Shown: positions 1 through 12,578, counted from the stretch's first letter. The stretch: DNA of 64,000 bases from Antedon mediterranea (GCF_964355755.1 NC_092671.1:16492001-16556000), one strand, 5' to 3'. A program made the numbers and translations. The notes: generated by a model from the letters alone, not told the origin.

Positions 1-696
1 AATCATTAATAAAAGGTAAAGAATAGACAGACAGACATCGAATAGAGTTATATAACCATTGATATCACATATCTCAGGAGTAGAGGCAAAATCACAGACT
101 GTACATATAGTTGTAGAGTTTGGTGCATCATTTGTCATATCTGGCCAAGGAAACTCCAACGGAGTTTTAGTAACTAAAAATAGCACACGAGACTGCCATA
201 GCAATGTAAGAAACCATATTGCACAACATATTTTGATCGTGCGCTTCTTGGACACGTACGCGCGATATTTCAAAGGTTTTGTAATGGCTAAAAACCGTTC
301 GACAGAAATCGCCATGGTAATAGTACCGGATAGCTGGTAGGTTGAATCCACGGCAAAATAATTGAACTTGCAATATTCCACCGGAAACCAGCTGTTATCG
401 TAGTAAAGGTGAATGGGACTTTCAGTCACGGTTACCCACATATAAATTGGCGCAATTACTAGAAATAAACAGTCTGACATCGCTAGGTTTATCAAGTAGA
501 TATTCAACGAATTCCGCAAACGTGGGTTAGTACTCAGGACGACGATAGTTAACACGTTGCCTATGATACCAATCAACACCACAGTTGGTACAAAAAAGAG
601 TGTAGCATAAACTTGCCAATCGGCAAACAAAAATGGTTCCATCACTTCCTCCCAATTGTATTCTTGGTACGCGTTGCTGCTACTGTTGATCTCCAT
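1..696 (-). CDS. Class A (rhodopsin-like) GPCR, paralogue 1, 3'-partial (runs off window start)
   Basis: Manual translation from ATG at 696: MEINSSSNAYQEYNWEEVMEPFLF...IGIIGN (TM1)...YLINLAMSD (TM2)...EYCKF...AISVERF (TM3, ERF variant of DRY)...KKRTIKICCAIW (TM4)...FPWPDM. Open to base 1 and colinear with the 10271-11368 protein. Missing from the ORF track because no stop lies in the window. Confidence 0.92.
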   Translation of the reverse strand, partial: MEINSSSNAYQEYNWEEVMEPFLFADWQVYATLFFVPTVVLIGIIGNVLTIVVLSTNPRLRNSLNIYLINLAMSDCLFLVIAPIYMWVTVTESPIHLYYDNSWFPVEYCKFNYFAVDSTYQLSGTITMAISVERFLAITKPLKYRAYVSKKRTIKICCAIWFLTLLWQSRVLFLVTKTPLEFPWPDMTNDAPNSTTICTVCDFASTPEICDINGYITLFDVCLSILYLLLMI

Positions 697-3600
697 TTTC
701 TTTTGAAACAGGAAATAACAAACGCATTAGATAATATTTAAATATAATTTCCTTTGAAAAAAAAAGTACAACTCACTACCGCTATAGAAGTGCCTAAAGG
801 TTGGTTTTGGTTGCCATCGTTGGACGCAAAACAAGGACGTAGGCGAAAAGTCGTTTAAGCCTACTGGTTAGTAAATACAATTTAGAAACTTACCTTCGGC
901 CGTCCGTTGTCAGTACGTTATGGTGGTTACCTTACTTTGCGCTACCCAGAAGCAGGTTAATTAAGTAGGCTTGAACTGTAACAAAAACATTCACAAAAAA
1001 TAAGTATACGTTAGAAAATGATGCCACAAATAAAGTTGGTCGCCAAAATTCGTAAGTAATTAGAAATACTTTTGTACGCGGGCACCACATGAATTCAGTT
1101 ACTACTTAAATTTTATTTCTAGTCTACGGATCGGTTAAAACGTAATAGACTTACATGTACAGAGCTTCAAGATGATCTGATATTTCAAAGCACAGAATAA
1201 ATTTCATATAATAGACAAAACCATTATTTAAAATGTTATGCGAGAAGATAAGGTGGTTCTCTTGCGCATTCAGCAAACTACGCATCGCCTGTTATTATAT
1301 TTGCCTATAATAATTAAGTGAAGCAAACATCAGTAAGCAATTGGGAAGTAAACATCATGAATATAACCAATGATGCATGGTTTTCAGTACTCGGGCATGC
1401 GCACAAACCATTTATAAATGTAATGACGACTAATTAAAATTAGATTATGGTCCGTTGTGTGTGCTGGGATCACCCACCGACGTGTTAAGAGAAAGAAATG
1501 TATATGGAAATAAAAGTGGAAAGAACCCACGTAAGTTAAGACTGTTAGGTTAAAATGTTATGCTGACCGTAAAAATATAACATGGTTAAGCAAAATTCAT
1601 AAACACATTTTTAAAATAAATTTTTCGCAAAGCTTGGTCGTCAGAACATGGTTGTTTCAGGGCCCATGTAATATTCTTTTTTAGGTAATAACCTATCTGA
1701 TCTCAGTGTTCTTTATGCTTTTGGAAATTAATATATAATTTTTGTTTTTTGCCTATAACTTAAATACTCGCATAACGGAGAATACGTGTACTACAAAATG
1801 GTCTGTGCACTTAACTAATAAACGGAATGCATTTATGTGGTTTTTACCTAGAGTTGGTAGTTTTTTAGGTTTACAGCTTCATTTGTCAATTGTTTTACAA
1901 CTTTCAGAAACTATTCCGAAAAGTTTGGCAAGAATGTTTTGTTGAAATGTTTGCCTTTTTCTAAACAGAAAGAGAAATAATAATTTCTGGAAAACCTGGA
2001 TTTGTCATATTCTCTATTCTGTGGATGTTATAGTTCTCTGATTTTGCTTTGTGTAAAAAGTATTAGATGTCTTAACACAGTATTGGTTACATGGGCTCAT
2101 TTTTATGATTAGTCAGTATTGACATTTGACACTTAATCGCAAAATATTTGGTGGCTGAATAGATACCTATAATCATAACAATGTAACAAAAGACAAAATT
2201 GTGCTTCAATAAATTGGTTAAATTACATAATTAATATTTACTAATACTTAATTAATACATTGTTATACAGTAATTAGTACATTTTAAACTTTTATCCCTT
2301 ATATCTTGAAAACGCCTACCTTCCAGATTTGTAATCTACGGACAATTCTGGTCTAGAAAAGTTTGATGGAAATTTGTCCCCTTTCAGGTGGACCCCTCCT
2401 GCCATTTGACTATTAGAAGTAAATAGTTATAAAATTGAATTATGTGATCGAATAAAGTTAAGAGAAAAAAAACACCAATTTCACTTACCTAAAGTTGTGT
2501 CCTGTATGTAACAACTTCTGTCAATGTTTCTTTCACCAATTTAATTTTAAATTGAACGTTTTAGGCCTATATTCTCGACGCATCAATATGTTGCTATACT
2601 TTCCATTTTACAGTTGAACATTCATGTCAATATCAGCAAATGCAATCTATATATAAATTTACGTAAGGGCAAAATTCGGTAAATCGCGCCTTACTTCTAG
2701 AATTTTCACTCGATGGTATGTAAAGTTGGTTCGTACTTTCGGTACTGATTTTAACCGCCTGATGTAACCCTGTTTACTAATTAAATTGAGTTAGATAATT
2801 AGTTATTGACGATTAAAACGAATTTAGGTTCAACGATTTGCCCCAAATAGGGGTGTTTTCCGATCGTGGTATACACTGTCTAATGGATGTCCATCTTGAA
2901 AAATACCCGCCAAAAAATGCGAGGAGGCTTCGCATTTTTCTATCTCCTCCTACGATAATTGTTTTTAATAGCTGAAAACCGGTTGAACAGCTAGAGTACA
3001 CCATCATAATGTTGAAGACAGGCCGATTTTCTTTAAAAAATACTATTTTGATAGATTTAATATACGATTATACAAATGTATTGATTTGCGATGAATGGAA
3101 CATCCCAATCTCTCAGTCTGCCAGAGTTTGGTTTAACACAAGTACTGTAGGTAAATTTATGAGCCCTTGGTTTAACACATACGGTAGGTAAATATATGGG
3201 CCCTTTGAGAATAAACTTGCAATAGGTTCGGAAAATGTTAAAAACCAATTTCTATTATTTGAATCGGTAAACAGTTTCCATTTATTATACATTGATAATG
3301 AAACATGAAATATTCCTATTTATGTCCCTCGAGGTTCATTACAATTTATATTTAGTAGTCCCACGGACTTCATCTTAGCCACTCCCCCGAGTGCTAAGGC
3401 CAAATTTATGATACCCTACTTTCTATGTAAGTTTATGTGCTTATAAATTAAGACTCATGTAAACAGCTTGATTACATCATTTTACAGACAAACGAAACTT
3501 TTTTAAACCTACTGTTTCAATAACTGAGTATAATACTGTATACGTTTTCATAAGTAAGTGCATATACATTTTCGTGTTTTCATTGACGAGATTGTAATAG

Positions 3601-4830
3601 TAACTTCAGTAACTATTACAGTACTTATTTATTATACGACACAAGACAATTGTATCTGACAGGTACGTACATTATTCTAAAAAATAAGTCTAGATAGATC
3701 CCTTAGGCGTCATAAATCACAGGCCAACAAATCAGTACTCATGACAGAAATTCAACCCAGTTTGGTTCACACAAATGTTTACAGGAATTTCAACACCACA
3801 ACCGATGTTTTGCCCTAAATATTTAGGTAGACTACAGTTTAATTTTTCACTGAATAGGAGCTTGCATTTCCGATTTCCATTTCGCAGAATGTCTAGGTCT
3901 ATTTATTTAGTTTGGTTCTTATAATATATAAATACAATCAACTTTATTACTGCGGTTCCATCACCACCACCACGTGCCGCCCAATTCCCGTACATACATT
4001 TCCATTTCTCCCTAATTTCTTTAATCCACATAAATTAATTGTCCTTTATGGAATCCAGTATTGGTTTTGTTGTCTCTATTTCTGAATACCCCAATTAGGG
4101 GGACACTTCCGTTTTTGTTTAGTGTCCCAAAAAAGTCCCCGTCCGTGGATTCTACTGTATTCGAGAACCATCTGTGAGCACCCCTAGATGGTACGCGAGC
4201 GAAGCGAGCGTGCCATCTAGTAAATTTAATTTCATTAACGAGTATTTCAGTTTGGTGAAGTATTTTGCCGGACTTTTGTTCGAATTTACTAGTTGCAATG
4301 TGTATATAATTATATTTGAGCGGCTACATTTATTTTAGTTTTTATTTAAAATGATAGATGGCGCCATTTTAAATTTGATGATGACACAATTCAAGTTTTC
4401 ATCAGCAAAATATTACACAAATTTGTATCTTAAATTAAACAAATTAACCGAAAAAAGAAAGAAGAAAAGAAATAGAAAATAGCGGTAGGCCAATCAACAA
4501 CCGGAACGAACTTTATTTTAAATTTCAAACATGATAACGAAACCACTCCATATACAGGCCTACAAACATTACGATAAAATAATCTTACTGTAACATTGAA
4601 ATAAATAACTAAACTGTAGCACGACTACGAATATACTATTACTTGCGCAGAAAGAAGGTACGATTCTTCCTCCTTCTCATATATAAGTTCAGAAAGTCTG
4701 CTCTCAAGTATTTTACGTATAAAATGCCCAAATATTTATCTTTTTACATTAATTTGAAAAACAGTCTAGAACCTATTAACCCCTCGGCTACGAAAATCCA
4801 TTTATTACAATATAACACGAATTAGAACTT

Positions 4831-5652
4831 TCACAACAAAGTACCGGTTGATATCGTGTTAATACCGTTTCTTTTCTTCTTTGTCTTTTTCGATGAAAAA
4901 CCATACAATTCCAAAAATGCCTGTTTGAACGAATCATTCGCAATATTGTAAATTATTGGATTAATAGAGGAGTTAATAAAAGCTAAATATCTAAAAATAT
5001 TAGAAAATCTCACAACAAAATCCCAATTAACAACAGGGCTTTTAAAAGAGTACATCCAAAGTGCATTATGGGGTGCCGTGAGAATGACATAAACAAAAAC
5101 AGTCGCAATGACGGTGGTTAACGCTTTCCGCTCATAATTTCTTCGATTAGGCCTACTTGCTGACGAAATCTCAGTTTTCTTTTTAGAACATGGTTTAAAC
5201 AGAGAAAAGCATATCGTCAGATATAGCGGCATCATTACGACTAGGTATGCCAAATATAACCCAAACTCTACCTCAACACTCCGCTTCATAGCATCGCATA
5301 CTTTATAGTCAGTATCGGGACTACAAAACACACACACGGACGTAGTCTGTGGTGCCCCCTTCCACATGTCCGGCCATGGCCAGGTTATAGATTCTTTACC
5401 AGCGGTCACACTATTTCTACTTTGCAATATACAGTCTGCTGTTGCAAGATTTAGAAGGTATATATTCACTGAACTTTGCATGTGTTTATTTTTCGCAATA
5501 ATGATGATAGTAGATATGTTACCGACAAGTCCAACGAACACGACGATTGGAAGAAATATATAAATTGAATATCTTTCCAAGTCAGTGTATAAAAATGGCT
5601 GAATGATCGAATCCCAATCCTCTTCGTCAGACAAGCTACTGTTGTTTGCCAT
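4831..5652 (-). CDS. Class A GPCR paralogue 2 with in-frame internal deletion (TM2-TM4); truncated receptor or young pseudogene
   Basis: 273 aa from MANNSS (ATG 5652). Nearly identical to 10271-11368 but joins LNLATADC directly to ILQSRN, lacking 89 codons. GN (TM1) and NPIIY (TM7) are retained; no stops or frameshifts. Confidence 0.85.
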   Translation of the reverse strand: MANNSSLSDEEDWDSIIQPFLYTDLERYSIYIFLPIVVFVGLVGNISTIIIIAKNKHMQSSVNIYLLNLATADCILQSRNSVTAGKESITWPWPDMWKGAPQTTSVCVFCSPDTDYKVCDAMKRSVEVEFGLYLAYLVVMMPLYLTICFSLFKPCSKKKTEISSASRPNRRNYERKALTTVIATVFVYVILTAPHNALWMYSFKSPVVNWDFVVRFSNIFRYLAFINSSINPIIYNIANDSFKQAFLELYGFSSKKTKKKRNGINTISTGTLL

Positions 5653-7719
5653 CACTAAAAACAAAATTAACAATTAGTGAGTGGGATGATATATAGGTAA
5701 GGCCTACACAATTTTCATTAGGTGTTTATTTAATTTATTTTTTCCATCTTTCAATGGGTCTAATACATAGATAAAAGTTTTGGTCCTCTCTCCTTTATCT
5801 TTTTTTGTGTAATGTATTATACTACATGGACAATTGTCTGAAATAAAAGTTGAATTGAATTGAATTACGGTACAAAAACATTAATAAATAATTAATTCTC
5901 CTATATGCGGAAATAGCAAAACATACAGAGTGATACAGCTGGTATTTGATTACAGTACAGTGTATAAGGAAATATTCGTTGTTTATGGATGTTAATTTTT
6001 TTCCTTTACTTTTCTAGATGATGCAGTACACATAATTTATCGACTATTCACGGGTCATATTAAGCGTACGTAGACGGTCTGTGTTTTTCCCTGGTTTGGT
6101 GAAATCTGAGGGTTTAATTTGTCCATTATATTATAATATGTTTGATTTTTGTTCAAAATAGCTTTGAGGGCGCAATTGAGTTTTCCATAATAAAGAATTT
6201 ATTCTCCTTTATATAACGCCTAAATAAATTCATGTCATTTGATTGAACGATTCGTTAATTATTCTTTTTAAATTTTTTTTTTTTCGTGTACGGAAAAAAA
6301 ATCTTCTCGCGTACGAAAAATATATTTAAACAGCGCCGCCTATTTGTTTTAAAAAACAATACAGTAAAACATTTTGAACTCTCGTCGTGTCGCGACGGAA
6401 TTACGGAGAGAGATTTAAATTTGCTTCATTAAATCGTTTGTATGATTTTGTTATTAATTAATGGGAACAAAGACGTGAAATCGACGAAAAAAATAGCTTA
6501 GATCAGTTTCAGTTGCCCGTCGAGGTTTTGTAATGCTATCTAGCCTAGAATTGTTTGGTCGTTTGTTGACATAATTAACACTATACAGTATTTGTGTTTA
6601 TAAAACCAAATAAATAAATATATATATAATTGTTTTGCAATGTAAATATGTTAAATTTAATGAATTGAATGTGAATCAAATGTAGCCTACCAGGTTTATT
6701 CAATCTAATTCAAATGACAGGAATCTATTTAGATGATAGGCCTATAAAATATTTATATTCGTGGAATGGTACAAATATAACCTTTCATTATTCACTTCAT
6801 GGTATTATTTGCACCATTCCACTCATAAACATTTATTATTTGTTTAAAAATACGAGGCTAGGTATTACAGTAGAGGGTTGTGACGCGCCCTCAAAGCCCA
6901 TCTGATGGACAGTTCTTAAACGGAAAGACCCTATTGTGGACAACATACACAATGGACAAATACATCCCATATGGACAGATTTCCCAACACCAGCTTCTTC
7001 CTTCCATCATTTAAGGATTGTAGGATTACTACATTTCAAGTTATCTGCAAAGGTACCGGTCTTTTAGTACGATTTTTTCCGTGCATTCGATCAAACATAC
7101 TAAAGTGGTAATCGATATACATTATTAACGTCAGATTGATGACTCTAATTAACTTGTTAAAAGTTATCGTCCTAACTGTAAAATTGCCAATAATGCCACA
7201 TTCCGTCGTGTCGTTGTATTGTAATATTGATTAAAATATCTTTTTTCATTTTGTTTACTGCATTTTTGCAAACGTACAGGTAATAAACACAAAATTTATA
7301 TTACGCAAGTCTATAAACATAATTTCAAACACGAATTTATGAAACGATAATAATATAATGTTCTAAAAACGTAATTGCAGGTAAAATTAGCTTCACGAAC
7401 AAATAAAACGATATTATTTTGTGAAGATAAATTGCGATGATGACAATTGACAAATCATCACAAAATTAAGTAAAGTATTGAACGCTTGGTGCATATATTA
7501 ATTTAACTATAACTTACTACTTTTACAAATGTTGTTTAAATACTTTGTTCTTCAAGTTCTTCGAAGTTAAATGCAATTCGTTCAGTCCAATTATTGGTTT
7601 CTACAGACTTATTAATTCATAAATATATTATAAATTGTGTTTTTCAAATTACATATTATTTTTTTCAAATTACATATTATTTTCCTTCGATTATAGTATT
7701 CACTTCAATGTACGGGTTT

Positions 7720-8010
7720 AACAGGGCAAAGAATGAGGCTGACCAACCAGATGAGGATATCTACAGACTTGTATATTCCAACAAAAGGATATGTGAAATT
7801 GTTGGAACATCTTCCGTGAGGGACTGCATATACAGTCAGTATATCCGATACGTTGGTCATATCTGTAGAGGACCGAATACATCAATTACAAAAAAGATGC
7901 TGTTTGCTGTACTATCGTGATCCGTGGATTAAAATTTCTCGAATTTTGAGTATGACAATCAGGCAAGCCAAAGCCATTACGGAATCGAAGAAAATTCTTA
8001 ACGAACACCT
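7720..8010 (+). mobile_element. Degenerate non-LTR retrotransposon (LINE) ORF2 C-terminal fragment
   Basis: Translation ...SVRDCIYSQYIRYVGHICRGPNTSITKKMLF resembles the 'LRW.GH..R......K..L' tail of RTE/CR1-type ORF2; frameshifted near 7915. Confidence 0.5.
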
Positions 8011-8985
8011 TTCAGTAGGCTATTTGGTGCTGAATAGGTTTTTGACTCCAGTATGTATGTACGGTTACAATTTACTTAGGCCTAATTTATTTTCTCGCTA
8101 ATATGCTCTTTTTTTTTCTTTTTTTTTAATTTATAAACTTATTTTACATGGATGACATTTTCATTAAAAATAAGGTTCTTACAAATAATACATAATTAAA
8201 GAAATGCATGCATAATAATGAACAGTCATAAGTTACAAAAGTTAAAAAATTGTTTTTGTTTGTTTTAGATTATAGAACGACATACAAGTACAATTACATT
8301 TTTAATACAGATACAGAATTAATAATAATAAAAAGTTCAGTAAGTACATCACAATTACACAGGGTCTCGACTCAAGTTGAAGATTCTATTTACATTTTTT
8401 TCTAGAAATCAGTTGAAATGTCGGGATTTTGATTTTTAAATGTTGATGTTTATTATATTATTATAAAATAATAAACAACTGACTTACTTTGAAACTGGAG
8501 ATGATGTTGACCACCAGAATGACGTCAGTGAAACTTTTACCACTGGAGAGATACAGGTCAGTGTAAAATTCAAACGCACAGTTTCAATGGCTGACGAACT
8601 GAAAAAAGAACAAAATTTAACGGTTAGCATGGACCAAGATTTTCAAATCACAACAAAATTCTTTAATTGGCACTTTGCGAAATTAGCGACGAATGTTAAA
8701 TGTACCAAATATATATATAGGTTTATTATTATGAAGCAGAAATAAATCTAATCCAGCTTTTACAACTAATAAAACGAGGAATAAAATGAGGAATAAAATG
8801 GGAATAAAATGAGAAATAAAATGAGGAATGTGCGGAATCATCATCATATCTATTCTATTGAATTTGTAAATGGTCACACTTTCTATTATTAGGTCAAATA
8901 TTGTTTGAAGGTTTGCATGGCGAAATAAAATGTTGATAAAAAGTTTGCGGTACACCATGTATATTAGTTCTGAAAAGAACTGTTG

Positions 8986-9039
8986 AGTTTCTCGACGTTT
9001 CGATCAATATGCTTTGATCGTCCTCAGGATTGAGAAACT
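8986..9039 (-). ncRNA. Minimal type I hammerhead ribozyme
   Basis: Minus strand: agtttctc-aatc-CTGAGGA-cgatcaa-agcata-ttgatc-GAAA-cg-TC-gagaaact, giving the catalytic core, helix II and an outer agtttctc/gagaaact stem. Confidence 0.75.
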
Positions 9040-10270
9040 TTATATCAACATATTATTAGGTCCTTACCATTGCATAGAGCACATGAACCACAACTAATGC
9101 AAAAACAAAGAAGAAAAAAATACTATCTCTAAAAACAGCATCAACATCAATCTTTACCACTCTTTTTTAAAACAAAGTAAATGGTTATTAAAATAAACCT
9201 TATCACGGAATATTAATAACAGAAAATAAAATTACCTTTTTGCGCAATCGGACAATCAATGACGACGATACTAACGTTTTGGCGGGAAGTGGTAAACTGC
9301 GATTCCAAAGACAATACGAACTGTCATTCGTCTAACTGGTATATAAACACATAGATTTCGGCCAACTAGATTGTTTCACTGATGAGTAATTAATTATGAA
9401 TTCGCACAACTGGTACTTCCTTTCAGTAATAGGCGTGAGTTTAATGGTATAATTAATTTGCGTTCATCTCAATTGTTTCATATTTATTTTAAATATTCTT
9501 GAATACATACAATAATAGCCTTACACCTAATATTATTAAAAATCAATAATTATATAAGTAATAATAATAAGTATATTGGCATATTTCTATTATATAAAAT
9601 ATTAGCCGTTTAATTGGAAATACAACCACTCAATTCGGATGGTTTATTACTAAAATACATCAAATATTACTCAAATATATCACTAAGTACAGCTTTTAAA
9701 ATTATGATTATTTATTAATAAATGATTAGAATAACACAATCATTTTATCACGGTATACTATTAATATTTTTATATTATATTAAAACTACAGTATTGCATT
9801 TATTGACAAAATAATCAAACTGTATTTCAATGCAACAATCGTATTCGATTAGGTTAATTACTTACATAACGTTTAACATTGTTTGCGTTAAAATTACTCT
9901 AAAAATCTATCAATATATGAAACCTCGTTTTGGTTTCTGTTTACTATCTAGTAAATTACAATCAATTCATGCAGGTATGTTTATCGTGCGTACATCGTGC
10001 ATACTTTGTACGCAATATGCGTATTATATTCATCACTAAATCATTTTAAACCAGATACTGGAATATACAAGTATGTATGTACTGTATATACACTAATAGG
10101 CATATCCAATATAAATATAAATAATATGCCTAATCTAAATTAATTAACTACATCGTCATACGTACATGTGCTTAAGAATGATACACGGACAATTTATTTG
10201 AGTTCAGAAAGTTCACATACTACTCGCTAAAATATGAAAACATTTATTAAGTCTTAAATACGCACTGAAT

Positions 10271-11368
10271 TTACAACGCAGTACCGGTTGATATCGTGTT
10301 AATACCCGAGTTTCTTCTCTTCTCTGTCTTTTTCCATGAAAACCCATACAATTCCAAAAATGCCTTTTTGAAGGAATCATTCGCAATATTGTAAATTATT
10401 GGATTAATAGAGGAGTTAATAAAAGCTAAATATCTAAAAATATTAGAAAATCTCACAAGTAAATCCCAATTAACGTTAGGGCTTCTGAAAGAGTAAATCC
10501 AAAGTGCATTATGGGGTGCCGTGAGAATGACATAAACAAAAACAGTCGCAATGACGGTGGTTAACGCTTTCCGCTCATAATTTCTTCGATTACTTGCTGC
10601 TGAAATCTCGGTTTTCTTTTTAGAACATGGTTTAAACAGAGAAAAGCATATCGCCAGATATAGCGGCATCATTATGATTAGGTATACTAAAAACAACCAG
10701 AATTCAAATTCTATAACCATATACATAGCACTACATACTTTATAGTCAGTATCGGGACTACACAACACACACACGGACGTAGTATGTGGTGCCCCCTTCC
10801 ACATGTCCGGCCAGGGCCAGGTTATAGATTCTTTACCAGCGGTCACAATATTTCTACTTTGCAATATGAAAGAAATGACCCATATAGCGCAGCATATTTT
10901 AATTGTACGTTTCTTTGAAATATATGACCGATATTTCAGTGGCATTGTTATCGCTAAAAAGCGTTCGAATGAAATTGCCATAATCAGGGTTGCCGAAACC
11001 ATGTAGGCCGAATCTACAAAAACAAAAGTAAATTTGCAATACTCTGCGGGAATAATGCTATTATCGTAAAAAATATGTAGCGGACTATAAATAACATTAA
11101 CCCAAATATAAATTGAAGAAAACAAAAGCACAAGACAGTCTGAAATCGCAAGATTTAGAAGGTACATATTCACTGAACTTTGCATGTGTTTATTTTTCGC
11201 AATAATGATGATAGTAGATATGTTACCGACAAGTCCAACAAACACGACGATTGGAAGAAATATATAAATTGAATATCTTTCCAAGTCAGTGTATAAAAAT
11301 GGCTGAATGATCGAATCCCAATCCTCTTCTTCTTCTTCTTCTTCTAACAAACTACTGTTGTTTGCCAT
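10271..11368 (-). CDS. Class A (rhodopsin-like) orphan GPCR, paralogue 3, full length
   Basis: 365-aa ORF with seven hydrophobic segments, GN (TM1), LAxxD (TM2), Cys at the top of TM3, ERF, TM4 Trp and NPIIY; N-terminal N-glycosylation sequon and poly-Glu. Confidence 0.95.
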   Translation of the reverse strand: MANNSSLLEEEEEEEDWDSIIQPFLYTDLERYSIYIFLPIVVFVGLVGNISTIIIIAKNKHMQSSVNMYLLNLAISDCLVLLFSSIYIWVNVIYSPLHIFYDNSIIPAEYCKFTFVFVDSAYMVSATLIMAISFERFLAITMPLKYRSYISKKRTIKICCAIWVISFILQSRNIVTAGKESITWPWPDMWKGAPHTTSVCVLCSPDTDYKVCSAMYMVIEFEFWLFLVYLIIMMPLYLAICFSLFKPCSKKKTEISAASNRRNYERKALTTVIATVFVYVILTAPHNALWIYSFRSPNVNWDLLVRFSNIFRYLAFINSSINPIIYNIANDSFKKAFLELYGFSWKKTEKRRNSGINTISTGTAL

Positions 11369-11694
11369 TGCTGAAAAAAAAATATATATATATAATAGTA
11401 GAGTAGAGAAATACGTATAGTTTGTTCGTCCCTCTAATTAATAAAAAGTCTGGTTCACGGTCTTTACACGTGTTGCTAGGCTCAAGACTGGTATTTTATG
11501 AAGTACAGTAGAACTGCTATTAAGGGGATACTCTCCGGATAGAAAGTGTCAGCTTAATAGGAAATAACAACAAATATATATATACACACAACAGGCAAAG
11601 AACATTAATTCTAAACCACCCGATGATATACTGAAATTTAATTAATTAATTTGAAACGATAAAGATGACGAAATCTGTGAGAATGAGAAAAAGT

Positions 11695-11766
11695 CGCCCC
11701 AACCGAGACTCGAACTCGGACCGCCTGCTTGATATGCAGATGTCCTAACCATTAGACCACTGGGGC
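11695..11766 (-). tRNA. tRNA-like sequence, anticodon ATC (Asp-like); probably an element-borne pseudo-tRNA
   Basis: GCCCCAG TG GTCTAATGGTTAGGAC A TCTGC-ATATCAA-GCAGG CGGT CCGAG-TTCGAGT-CTCGG TTGGGGC G folds as a 72-nt cloverleaf with A/B boxes and a downstream T5 run; atypical A32. Confidence 0.6.
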
Positions 11767-12001
11767 TTTCATGGTATTGTTCGAACTCGATTGGATAGCG
11801 ACTCTTTAACATTCTCGGCGTGGTACGGCGGAACAGCACTAGTCCTCAGTTGTATGCACGCGCAACAGAGATCAAATTGATACGCCCTCATCTTTCAGTA
11901 TTTTTATTCACGAGGCGGGATCTCCGAAGAGATACTTTTATATAAACACAACAGGCAAAGAACATTAATTCTAAACCGCCCGATGATATACTGAAATTTA
12001 A

Positions 12002-12578
12002 AGCTCAGATACAGGCATGAATTTTAAATATAATATCTGATTAATTGTACATAAATCAAATATTTGTAACAGAAATCAAGACGAAAAAGCATGAATTTCC
12101 CTTAATATGGCAAAAATTTGCCATAAAAACCAGGAAGACTTTTTTTCAGTAGTTAGGTAGTTTAACCTATGTAATAACATGTCTGGTGACTCCATAGAAG
12201 GTGAAAAAAGATAGTGGATATACGGTGAATAATTTTTGCTTTAGCATGAAAATAAAAATCTGAAGTTGAATAAAAATACTAGAAATGTAAAATACAAGTT
12301 ATATTACCTATATTTAGTCATTTGATAACATTTTTTACCACACCGTTTATTTTTCATAGCTTTTTAAAATGCCTCTCTATTTACAAAATTTGTGTATAAA
12401 AGAATAGAGATTTTACTGTGTAAGTTGAACTATCCCCCCACTGATAAGAAAGTGCTTATTTTCAACAAGCTCGTGTAACACAAATAAAATCCCAAAAATT
12501 ATGAAACATAGGGGAAACTATAGATCGATAATTATTGGAATGTATGATCAATAGAAATTTGTTGCCCGCACCTGGCCT
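12002..12578. mobile_element. Non-autonomous TIR element with TTAA TSD (Kolobok-like)
   Basis: TTAA|agctcagatacaggc...gcccgcacctggcct|TTAA, imperfect TIRs. Removing it restores the host repeat. A related inverted copy lies at ~35823-36200. Confidence 0.7.

Noticed and set aside
59-340. Plus-strand ORFs at 59-340, 5366-5563 and 10803-11006 that resemble each other
   Set aside because: Antisense shadows of the paralogous GPCR coding regions.
4184-4221. Hairpin ctagatggtacgc...gcgtgccatctag resembling a Helitron 3' end
   Set aside because: No matching 5' end or second copy in the window; not enough to call an element.
5653-5673. N-terminal extension MLILFLV in the ORF track
   Set aside because: Starts at a non-ATG codon across a probable splice acceptor; the paralogue begins at MANNSS.
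11615-11660. Possible hammerhead (ccgatga...gaaa)
   Set aside because: Core is CCGAUGA, helix II cannot form and there is no valid NUH site.
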